A stretch of 64,000 nucleotides of DNA from an uncultured Myxococcales bacterium (lineage in GTDB: Bacteria; Desulfobacterota; Binatia; UBA1149; SPBQ01): contig CAZKRI010000032.1 in assembly GCA_964555245.1 (NCBI GenBank), positions 93,239-157,238 on the forward strand, written 5' to 3'. The stretch's first letter is position 1. The number at the start of each line of letters is the position of its first letter. Position numbers and translations under genes: made by a program. Below are positions 16,789 to 25,084 of this stretch, piece by piece. Under the pieces are notes generated by a model. It made no database searches and was not told the DNA's origin. It was given only the letters and a program-made list of their open reading frames with translations.

Positions 16789-19700
16789 TCAAGCCGGGAC
16801 GGGCGCGCCCATCTCCTCGCAGAGCCTGCGCGCCATCTCGCGCTCGCGCTCCGCGGCGGCATGATTGCCGGCCGCAGCCTCGAGCGCAGCACGCAGGATG
16901 TGAACGCGCGGGGCGAAGCTGCGGGTCCCCATCTCTTCGATGGATGACCGCGCCCGGCTGAGCAGCGAGTCGACGGCGGCGCGGGCCGCACCGCCGTGCA
17001 TTCGAGTCAAGATTTCCGCCTCCGCCAGCAGGGCCGGCGCGATGAACGTCCTCATCCCGGTCGACCGAACCCTCTCGGATGCCTGGCGAACGAGGTCGAG
17101 TGCCGCGTCCATGTCACCGCGCGCAAGTGCAAGCTGTGCGCGTAAGAACGTCAAGGCGAACTGCTGAAACCCGAACGCGACCTGCGCCAGGCGTTGCACC
17201 GTCGCTTCGAGCTCTTCGACCGGCATGCCGAAGCCGGATATGTCCGGTGTGAGAGCCACACACGCGCATGAGACCGCCACCGCCATGCGTACACCCGTCG
17301 CCTCGCCGAGCCGACGCGCCTCGCGGACGCAAGCGAGCGCACGCTGGCGATCCCCCCACAGGGAACAGACGCAGGCCACCAGGCCGAGCGTGATCGCTAG
17401 GTCGATGCGGTCGTCCGTTGCGCGCGAGTGCTCGAGCGCAAGATCTGCCCCGGCCAGCGACTCGGCATACCTACCGGCGTAGGCGGCGCACGTAGCGCTG
17501 AAGCCCCTGCTCCAACCGGCGGTCTGAAATCCCATGTAGTCACTCGCGCCGTCGATGCCGACCTCGCCTATCTGGTCGAGCGTCGCAATCGCCGCCGCCG
17601 GGTCGCGAAACGTCTGCACGACAAGCCAGAAGCTCAGGGCCGCCGAGATCAAATAGTCGTCGCCTGTCTCGCGCGCAGCCATCAGCGCCCGGTCGAGCAG
17701 CGGGAACGCGCCCACCATGTTGCCATCGACGTATGCGACGTTGCCTTCGGCAATGAGGATTCGTATCTCCGCGTGCGGGTCGTCGCAGCCCTCGAGCGCT
17801 CCGCGCGCCTCGGCCAGCAACGCCGGCGCATCGACGCTCGCGCCGGCGCGAAGCCCACGCATCAGCTCCTGGCAACAGGCGCGGATCCGTTGCGACCTCA
17901 CCTCCGGCGTCGGCTCGATGCTCGCCGTCAGGGTCCGTACCTTGCGCCAGTGCTCGTAGCACTCGGCAACGTTGCTCTGCCCGATCCACAGAGCGGCACG
18001 CTCGTACCACCGCGCTGCCGCCAGCAGCTCGCCGGCTTGCTCGTAGTGATGGGCGAGAAGCGCGGCGCGCTCGTCCCGCACCGCATGCGCCTGCGACTCC
18101 AGCGCGCGCCCGAGAGCGGCGTGCAGCGCTCGCCTACGACCGCCGAGCAGAGATTCGTAGGCAACGTCGCGGGTCAGCGCGTGCTTGAACGCGTACTCGG
18201 CGTCGGGATAGAGCGCCGTCGGATAAACGAACTCGTCGTCGACGAGCTTCGACAGGATCGGCGCGAGATCGCTCGGCGCACGCTCGGTCGCGGTCGCCAG
18301 CAGTGCGAGCGGAAAATCTCGGCCGATCGCGGATGCGGCCTGGAGCACCTGCTTGGCCTCGTCGTCGAGTCGGTCGATGCGCGCGGCAAGGACGCCTTGA
18401 ACGCTCCCGGGCACAGGAATCGCATCGATCGGAGTCTCCAAGCGGAAGGCGCCGCGCGCGCCGACGATGTGCCCTTGTTCGGCAAGCTCGCGCGTTATCT
18501 CCTCGATGAAGAACGGGTTCCCGCCGGTGCGCTCGCGCACGCGGGTGCGCAGCTCGGCGAGAGTCGGGTGGCGACCGAGCAGGAAGTCCATCAACTCGTC
18601 GATCTCGCCCGCGCCGAGCGGCGCGAGCGGTACCTGCTGGTAGTACGACTTCTGGATCCATCTTCCGGAGAACTCGGGCCGGAAGTTCAGCAGCAGAAGC
18701 AATTTTCCGCTCGGCACACTGTCGATCAGGGCGTTGAAAAAGACCGTGCTGCCGGGATCCATCCAGTGGAGGTCTTCGACGAGCACCACGACCGCGTCAC
18801 GCTCGCCGCGTGCCGCGGTGAAGCGCCGCAGGACGTCGAGGATCCGGCGAGTCCGTAGCTCCGGGTCGGTCACCGGGATCGGTCGCTTTGGATCGGGAAC
18901 ACCGAGGAAGTCGAACAGCAACGGCAGCGTGTCGATCAGCTTCTCGTCGATCAGCACCACGCGGCCGGCGATCTTGTCGCGGGCGCGTTCGGGCGAATCG
19001 TCGTCCTTGATGCCGAAGACGTTGCGGTACAGCTCGAGCACCGGGAACAGCGGCAGCGTCCGACCGTGGGGCAGGCAGTAGGTCTCGTAGACCGTCACGC
19101 CCCGCTCGCGGCAGCGCTCGAGAAACTCGAAGCAGAGGCGGCTCTTACCGGTGCCCGCCTCGGCGACCACGCCTACGATGCGACCTTGACCGCCCCTGAC
19201 CTCCTCGAAGGCTTCTTCGAGCGACTCGACCTCCCGCGAGCGGCCGACGAAGCGCGAGAAGCCGCGGCTTCGTGAGACGTCCAAACGCGTGCGCAGCTCC
19301 CCGAGGCCGGTCAGTGCGAACACCTCGACCGGCTCGCGCACGCCCTTGATCGTCGAGCGACCCAGACCCTCGAGCGCGAAGTAGCCGCGCACGAGATCGG
19401 CGGTCGCTCCTGTCAGGTAGGCCTTGCCGGGCTCGGCGATCTGCTGCATGCGCGCGGCCAGCCCCACGCTGTGCCCTTGCGCCGTGTAGTCCATGCGCAA
19501 GTCGTCGCCGATGCGTCCGACGACCACGTCTCCGGAGTTGAGCCCGATGCGTGCGGCGACCGGCAGCCCGCGCTCGATCCGCAGTTCGTTGGCGTACTTG
19601 CGCAGCTCGCTCTGGAGATGGAGCGCGGCGAAGCAGGCGCGCTGCGCGTGGTCTTCGTGCGCGATCGGCGCACCGAACAGCGCCATGACACCGTCACCGG

Positions 19701-20094
19701 TGTACTGGTTGATCGTGCCTTCGAAGCGATGGATGCCCTCGGTCATGATCGCGAAGAAGCGATCCATGACGAGGTGCCACTCCTCGGGGTCGAGCTGCTC
19801 GGACATCGCCATGGACCCTTGAATATCGCTGAACAGAACGGTGACGCGCTTGCGCTCCCCCTCGAGCGCACTGCGCGAGGAGAGAATCTTGTCGGCGAGG
19901 TGCTTGGGCGTGTACGCGCCCGGTGAGCGTTCGACAGGCTTCTCGATCGCCGCCTGTCCGCAGGCGGGGCAGAACTTTGCAGACGCTTTCAGCGAGGCGC
20001 CGCAGGTCGCACAGGCACGGGCGAGCTTTGCCCCGCACTCCTCGCAGAACTTGGCCGCGGCCTCGTTCGGGTGCTTACAGACGGCACATTCCAT
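16789..20094 (-). CDS. Multidomain signalling protein: double zinc-ribbon, class III adenylyl/guanylyl cyclase domain, AAA ATPase, and TPR/regulatory C-terminal region.
   Basis: CAVCKHPNEAAAKFCEECG…CATCG…CPACG. Cyclase region RVTVLFSDIQGS…YTGDGVMALFGAP. P-loop GVVAEAGTGKSRL. Confidence 0.8.
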   Translation of the reverse strand: MECAVCKHPNEAAAKFCEECGAKLARACATCGASLKASAKFCPACGQAAIEKPVERSPGAYTPKHLADKILSSRSALEGERKRVTVLFSDIQGSMAMSEQLDPEEWHLVMDRFFAIMTEGIHRFEGTINQYTGDGVMALFGAPIAHEDHAQRACFAALHLQSELRKYANELRIERGLPVAARIGLNSGDVVVGRIGDDLRMDYTAQGHSVGLAARMQQIAEPGKAYLTGATADLVRGYFALEGLGRSTIKGVREPVEVFALTGLGELRTRLDVSRSRGFSRFVGRSREVESLEEAFEEVRGGQGRIVGVVAEAGTGKSRLCFEFLERCRERGVTVYETYCLPHGRTLPLFPVLELYRNVFGIKDDDSPERARDKIAGRVVLIDEKLIDTLPLLFDFLGVPDPKRPIPVTDPELRTRRILDVLRRFTAARGERDAVVVLVEDLHWMDPGSTVFFNALIDSVPSGKLLLLLNFRPEFSGRWIQKSYYQQVPLAPLGAGEIDELMDFLLGRHPTLAELRTRVRERTGGNPFFIEEITRELAEQGHIVGARGAFRLETPIDAIPVPGSVQGVLAARIDRLDDEAKQVLQAASAIGRDFPLALLATATERAPSDLAPILSKLVDDEFVYPTALYPDAEYAFKHALTRDVAYESLLGGRRRALHAALGRALESQAHAVRDERAALLAHHYEQAGELLAAARWYERAALWIGQSNVAECYEHWRKVRTLTASIEPTPEVRSQRIRACCQELMRGLRAGASVDAPALLAEARGALEGCDDPHAEIRILIAEGNVAYVDGNMVGAFPLLDRALMAARETGDDYLISAALSFWLVVQTFRDPAAAIATLDQIGEVGIDGASDYMGFQTAGWSRGFSATCAAYAGRYAESLAGADLALEHSRATDDRIDLAITLGLVACVCSLWGDRQRALACVREARRLGEATGVRMAVAVSCACVALTPDISGFGMPVEELEATVQRLAQVAFGFQQFALTFLRAQLALARGDMDAALDLVRQASERVRSTGMRTFIAPALLAEAEILTRMHGGAARAAVDSLLSRARSSIEEMGTRSFAPRVHILRAALEAAAGNHAAAEREREMARRLCEEMGAPVPA

Positions 20095-20365
20095 TGCGAT
20101 TTCGCAGCTGCGGGACGATCGCTGTCCGCGTCCGCCTTACCTATCGGCAATATCACGCTACGGTCAATCTCGAGGCGTCTAGACGCCTCACAAGGCGATT
20201 GACGGCCGGCGGCCAAGTGCGGTAGCGTGCGCCACGACGGACCGAGTCCGGCGAGAGACCCGCCCTGCCGCCACGGGCCTTGTTCGGGCCCAGCCCGCCG
20301 ACTGAGATCGCTCACGCGAGCGTTTCCTCTATACGCGCGCGGTGAGCGTCGAAGAGGGCACGTCG

Positions 20366-20458
20366 ATGACGCAATTCGTGGCCGTTCTGATCGCAATCGC
20401 GGTCGCGCTGGGATTTCTGGGTACCCTGTTCCGGCTATCGCATCACTGGGAGGGCTGA
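20366..20458 (+). CDS. Possible 30-aa hydrophobic peptide MTQFVAVLIAIAVALGFLGTLFRLSHHWEG, too short to appear in the ORF track.
   Basis: ATG with GAAGAGGG 6 nt upstream. One predicted TM helix. Lies in a roughly 400-bp intergenic gap. Speculative. Confidence 0.2.
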   Translation: MTQFVAVLIAIAVALGFLGTLFRLSHHWEG

Positions 20459-20513
20459 CCAGAGTCCGGAGCGGGTGCCGGCGTCCAAGGTTAGCCGGCG
20501 CCCCGACCGCCCT

Positions 20514-21122
20514 TCACCTGGAGCTAGCCTCGCGTCGTAGCGGGACGCCGGCCGCAGAGGCGCGCGCTGTCTCCTCGTCGAGGGTCAAACCGAAGCCGTC
20601 GGCAAGGCGGGTCAGGTAGTTGAAGATGCCGACGATGTGTCCGACCTCCAAACAGGCGCGGTCGTCGAAACCGAGCGCACGTAACGGTTGCCAGTCGGAC
20701 TCGACCATCTTGGTCGGGGTGGCGCTGAGCTTCTCGGCAACTTCGCACAGGGCGCGGTCGCGCGTGGACAGGCTCCCCAGCGCGCGCCAGCGCCGGGCCT
20801 TGATCGCGTCCACCAGCTCCGCGTCCCCGTGCTCGACACGCAGAAACTCTGCGTGGGACTGCGTTCAATAGAAACAGTCCTGGGCGGCTGCGGTTACTGC
20901 CGCGACCATCTCCCGTTCGCGCCGGTCGAGTGATCCCGGAGCAAACATGATCTGTGCAAACAGCAAGCCGAAAGCCGGACCGAGATCGCGGTGCGCCATG
21001 ATCAGACCGGCCATCGTCGGCAAAAAGCCGAAGTCGTAGGGATGCCCGGACGGCATCGCAGCGCGCAGCTCGGTCTGGTCCGGGAGCGCGACCCATGCGG
21101 GTGGTGGTAATGTTTGGCTCAT
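20514..21122 (-). CDS. Peroxidase-related / AhpD-like CMD-family protein read through an in-frame TGA (20865..20867) inside C-F-Y-U-T-Q-S-H, i.e. CxxUxxxH where the family has CxxCxxxH. Candidate selenoprotein. Start ATG 21122 (MSQTLPPP), preceded by GGAGGA.
   Basis: ORFs 20865..21149 and 20514..20813 are in the same frame, separated by 17 sense codons after the TGA. Perfect stem-loop cacgcag/aguuu/cugcgug (20855..20837) begins 10 nt 3' of the UGA. Confidence 0.6.
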
Positions 21123-21292
21123 GGTGTTCGTCCTCCTCGATCGCAGCACCGCAAGCGGTGCTGCGGTGCCGACTCTACCTCTACGTCCCGAGCAGGTCGA
21201 CGGATCATCGGGTTGCGCTTGGCAAACCTCCCTCCCCCCGTGCTAAGGAAAGCGCCGCCGGGCCGCCGCGGGTGTCCGGCAAGGAGGCTTCC

Positions 21293-22978
21293 GTGTCGAG
21301 ACGGAGAACAGTGGCGATCACGCTCGTGGCCTGTATCGCGGCAGCGGGTTGCGCGCCAAGGCTCCCTGCTGACCCAGATCGGACGGCTTCTGCGCGGCGC
21401 GTGATTCCGAAGGGTGCAACCGCTCCTCTTTTCAACGACCTGGGGAACCACCACTACTCCGTCACCACGAATTCCGAGCTCGCCCAACGCTACTTCGACC
21501 AGGGCTTACGGCTCTGTTACGCCTTCAACCACCAGGAAGCCGTGCGCTCGTTCCGCGAGGCGGAGCGGTTGGATCCCAACTGTGCGATGTGTTTCTGGGG
21601 CGAGGCGTTCGCCCTGGGCGCCAACATCAACAAGCCCATGGACGACGCCGATGTGCCGGTGGCGTGGGCTGCCGTCCAGAACGCCCGTCGCACCGCCGCC
21701 AGCGCAACTTCCAAGGAGCACGCCCTGATCGATGCGCTGGCCGTGCGCTACAGCGAGCAGCCGGTCAAGGACCGCGCTCCGCTGGACCTCGCTTATGCGG
21801 ATGCCATGCGCACGGTCGCGCGGGCCTATCCAAACGACCTCGACGTGCAGACGCTGTTCGCCGAGGCGCTCATGGATACGATGCCGTGGAACTACTACGA
21901 GAAGGACGGCAGCCCCAAACCGGCCACGCTCGAGGTCGTCGCCGCGCTCGAAGGCGTAATGGAGCGCGAGCCGCTCCATCCGGGCGCGTTGCACTTCTAC
22001 ATTCACGCCGTCGAGGCATCCGCCACGCCCGGGCGCGCCGAGACGCCTGCCGACCGTCTGCTCGGCCTGATGCCGGGCGCCGGTCACCTGGTGCACATGC
22101 CCTCTCACATCTACATTCGGGTCGGACGCTACCACGACGCCAGCGTCGTCAACGAGCTGGCGGCCAAGGCCGATGAGTCCTACCTCACGCAGTGCAACGC
22201 GCAGGGCTTCTATCCGGCGATGTACTATCCCCACAACGTGCACTTCCTGTGGGCCGCCGCCAGCTTCGAAGGCCGCAGCCAGGTCGCTCTGAATGCCGCA
22301 CGCAAGCTGGTCGCATTCATCCCGCCCGAGCGCGTCGGCGAGTTTCCGTTCCTCGAAGAGCTGCTGCCGGTCGTCGCGTTGACGCAGGCTCGCTTCGGGC
22401 AATGGAAGGAGATCCTCGCGGCCCCTGCGCCCGCGGCCGAGTTCCGGTACGCGACCGGCATGTGGCACTACGCGCGTGGCCTCGCTCTGGTACGCAACGG
22501 CCGGATCAAGGACAGCGAGGACGAGTTGCGTCAGGTTGTCGCACTCGCCGAGAGCGAAGCGATGCGTTCACTCATGCTGCTGTCGGTGCAGACCAGCGCC
22601 CAACAGCTGCTGAGAATCGCCGCGAAAGTCCTCGAGGGCGAGATCGCTGCTGCGCGCGGCCGCTGGAGCCAGGCCATTGCAGCGCTCGAGCGAGCGGTGA
22701 CCCTCGAAGCCGACCTCACCTACTCCGAGCCGCCGCCCTGGTACTTCCCGGTGAGAGATGCGCTGGGACAAACCCTGCTCCGCGCTGGACGTGCCCGCGA
22801 CGCCGAAGCCGTCTACCGCAAACAACTCGCGTCCACCCCCGGTAACGGCTGGAGCCTGTACGGACTCGCGGCCAGTCTGCGCGAACAGGGCAATGTGGCT
22901 ACCGCCGCAGCGGTCCAGGCAGACTTCGAGGCCGCCTGGGCCCTGGCCGACGTCCCGCTTACGGGCTCGGTGTTCTAG
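21293..22978 (+). CDS. TPR-repeat lipoprotein. GTG start at 21293 with AAGGAGG RBS and lipobox (LVACIAAAGC).
   Basis: AAGGAGG 6 nt upstream of the GTG. Signal/lipobox TVAITLVACIAAAGCAPR. TPR-like helical repeats throughout. Confidence 0.6.
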   Translation: MSRRRTVAITLVACIAAAGCAPRLPADPDRTASARRVIPKGATAPLFNDLGNHHYSVTTNSELAQRYFDQGLRLCYAFNHQEAVRSFREAERLDPNCAMCFWGEAFALGANINKPMDDADVPVAWAAVQNARRTAASATSKEHALIDALAVRYSEQPVKDRAPLDLAYADAMRTVARAYPNDLDVQTLFAEALMDTMPWNYYEKDGSPKPATLEVVAALEGVMEREPLHPGALHFYIHAVEASATPGRAETPADRLLGLMPGAGHLVHMPSHIYIRVGRYHDASVVNELAAKADESYLTQCNAQGFYPAMYYPHNVHFLWAAASFEGRSQVALNAARKLVAFIPPERVGEFPFLEELLPVVALTQARFGQWKEILAAPAPAAEFRYATGMWHYARGLALVRNGRIKDSEDELRQVVALAESEAMRSLMLLSVQTSAQQLLRIAAKVLEGEIAAARGRWSQAIAALERAVTLEADLTYSEPPPWYFPVRDALGQTLLRAGRARDAEAVYRKQLASTPGNGWSLYGLAASLREQGNVATAAAVQADFEAAWALADVPLTGSVF

Positions 22979-22981
22979 GGA

Positions 22982-23443
22982 GTGTCCGACGTGCGCGAGA
23001 CCGAACCGCCGTCCGCCCGGCTACGAGAGCTGATCTTCAAAGCCAACGAAGAGACCTTTCGCGCCTGGAACGCGCACGACGCCGCGGCCGTGGCTGCAGT
23101 GTTCGCACCAGAGGCCGTGGTGGTCGACGTGCTGACCGGCGAAACCATCACCGGACGCGAGGCGATCCGGACGCGTACGGCTTCGCTGTTCGAGGCTTTT
23201 CCCGACCTGTCGCTGACCCGCGTCATGCTGCTCATCGATACCGCGACCAACGCCGATCAATGGGTCATGCGAGGCACGCACCGCGGCCCGTTCCTCGGGA
23301 TTCCACCCAGCGGCCGTAGATTCGAGGTGCGCGGCGCAACCTTCAGCGAGTTCGATCAGGCCGGCCTGGTGGTGCGCGACACCAACTACGTCGACGTCGC
23401 GGCTTTGCTCGCGCAGATCAGCCCCGCGCGGGCTGAAGGCTGA
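22982..23443 (+). CDS. SnoaL-like / NTF2-fold protein (ester cyclase-like), GTG start.
   Basis: Family-typical pattern …WNAHDAAAVAAVFAPEAVVVD…, about 150 aa. Confidence 0.6.
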   Translation: MSDVRETEPPSARLRELIFKANEETFRAWNAHDAAAVAAVFAPEAVVVDVLTGETITGREAIRTRTASLFEAFPDLSLTRVMLLIDTATNADQWVMRGTHRGPFLGIPPSGRRFEVRGATFSEFDQAGLVVRDTNYVDVAALLAQISPARAEG

Positions 23444-23479
23444 GGCCGGACGCTTGCGGGTCCGGCCTCAGCATCGTGG

Positions 23480-25084
23480 TCACGGCCCTTTCGCCTTGTA
23501 CTGCGTTGGGCTCTGCAGCGTGAAGGTGGAGAACGTCGTCTTGAAGCACTCAGTCGTGAAGCCGTCGTCGATCAGCAACTGCACGACGACGCTGGGCGCC
23601 AGCGCGGCGGTCGAAGGAGGCCCGAGCAGAGCGCCCTTCCCCTTCACCTGCACCTGGGACTTGCCGGCCGCGCCGGCCTTGAGCTTACCGCCAGTGATGC
23701 CGTCGGGCGTGGCGGCTTTGTTTTTGTACTTGAACCCGGTGGTGCCCGATGGCTTCCAGCACGGCTGAGTCCCGCACAGCGGCATCACGCCGCCGTTGGG
23801 GATGTCCGCTTCCAGCAGCGGCTGCGGATTGATCGAGGCGTCGTAGACACACAGGCGGTACGTCGAGCCCGCTACGGTCGGCGTCTGGAAGTCGCCGATC
23901 ACGGTTGCCACCCCTTTGTTCCACTTCCACTTGAAGGAGTCCTTGGTGTTGTCGGCGTCGTTCTTGATCTGGAGCGAGGACTTACCGAGCCCGGTCACGT
24001 CCGCGAGGTTGCACGAGCCGTCGGGCTCGGGAAGCGGACCGCAGAGCGGCACGAGCGTGGTGCTCGTGGTCGACGTGGTGGTCGTCGACGTCGTGATCGT
24101 CGTCGTGGTCGACGTGGTGGTGGTCGTTGAGGTGGGAGTCGCAAACGCTGGCGTCAGCTCCAAGGCGTCGACGTTGTCGCCGCCGGGATGGAACGGATGC
24201 GGGCCGCAGGCTCGCGCCGGCCAGAGGTTCACAATGTCCTCGGGGATGAGGATGCAGAGCGGGCCGGCAAGGCCGAACAGCGCCGGATCCGCCAGGACGT
24301 CGCCTTCTTCGATTGGCATTCCGAGGCAGGAATCGAAGAGTCCGATGCTTGCCGAGCCGGGCGCCAGCGAGAAGAGGACGTAGTCCCCGCCGCCCCCGGG
24401 AATCGGGCCATATGCACAGTCCATTGGCGGGTCCGAGACGACGAGACCGTCGATGTCGTCGGTGCCCGGGCCGAAGAAGTCGAGCCCGAGCACGGGCGCC
24501 GGCGCGTAGAGACAGGCGGGGAAGCCGCCTATCGTGCCGATCACGTCAGCGCCGGATAGACCAACACCGGCTCCGGTCGCAGCATCGACCGAGAAGTACA
24601 CGAGAATGTCAGGTGTACCGTCGACCGGGCCCGAATCAATCGCGCCGACCGGGAGAAAGTCGACTGCGTCGATATCGTCACCTCCCGGCATCGGCTCTAT
24701 GAGACCAAGGGGAGCACTGAAGAAAGGCGGCCCCCCCGGTGCGTTCCCATCTGCGATCTGGCGGTGCGGCATCGGCGGGAACCCGAACGGCAGAGGTCCG
24801 GCAAAGTTGCCACCGGTGTAGTAGACGTCGGCAGGAGCATCGGAGCTAAGAGGCAAGAGAGCCGATTCGGTACCCACGTTCGGCGGGAACGGCACTGCAC
24901 CCGGTACGCACCCTGGCACGGTCGTACCCGTCGCCGGCAGGTCAACGCTGAACAGGATGCTCACGGCACCCGGCGGAATGGGAAACGGAAGACCCGGTGG
25001 GGCGACGAGACCCGTGGAGAAGCCGTCGAGGTTCGCCGGCACCGGCGGGCCGAACCAGCCTAGTCCGCAGCCCGGAGGCGCCAT
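23480..25084 (-). CDS. Pro/Gly-rich N-terminal region, Thr/Ser-rich linker (TPTSTTTTTSTTTTITTSTTTTSTTSTT), and a C-terminal Cys-containing domain of roughly 190 aa of unknown function (KSSLQIKNDADNTKDSFKWKWNKG…YRLCVYDAS…). Start uncertain: candidates 25084, 24772, 24688. No obvious signal peptide.
   Basis: Long coherent frame. C-terminal domain is homologous to the small ORF at 35725..36024. Overlaps the plus-strand ORF at 24957..25084. Confidence 0.5.
   Translation of the reverse strand: MAPPGCGLGWFGPPVPANLDGFSTGLVAPPGLPFPIPPGAVSILFSVDLPATGTTVPGCVPGAVPFPPNVGTESALLPLSSDAPADVYYTGGNFAGPLPFGFPPMPHRQIADGNAPGGPPFFSAPLGLIEPMPGGDDIDAVDFLPVGAIDSGPVDGTPDILVYFSVDAATGAGVGLSGADVIGTIGGFPACLYAPAPVLGLDFFGPGTDDIDGLVVSDPPMDCAYGPIPGGGGDYVLFSLAPGSASIGLFDSCLGMPIEEGDVLADPALFGLAGPLCILIPEDIVNLWPARACGPHPFHPGGDNVDALELTPAFATPTSTTTTTSTTTTITTSTTTTSTTSTTLVPLCGPLPEPDGSCNLADVTGLGKSSLQIKNDADNTKDSFKWKWNKGVATVIGDFQTPTVAGSTYRLCVYDASINPQPLLEADIPNGGVMPLCGTQPCWKPSGTTGFKYKNKAATPDGITGGKLKAGAAGKSQVQVKGKGALLGPPSTAALAPSVVVQLLIDDGFTTECFKTTFSTFTLQSPTQYKAKGP

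Noticed and set aside
17428-18858. 476-aa plus-strand ORF
   Set aside because: Antisense to the cyclase/AAA/TPR gene, which has clear zinc-ribbon, cyclase and P-loop motifs. No motifs of its own.
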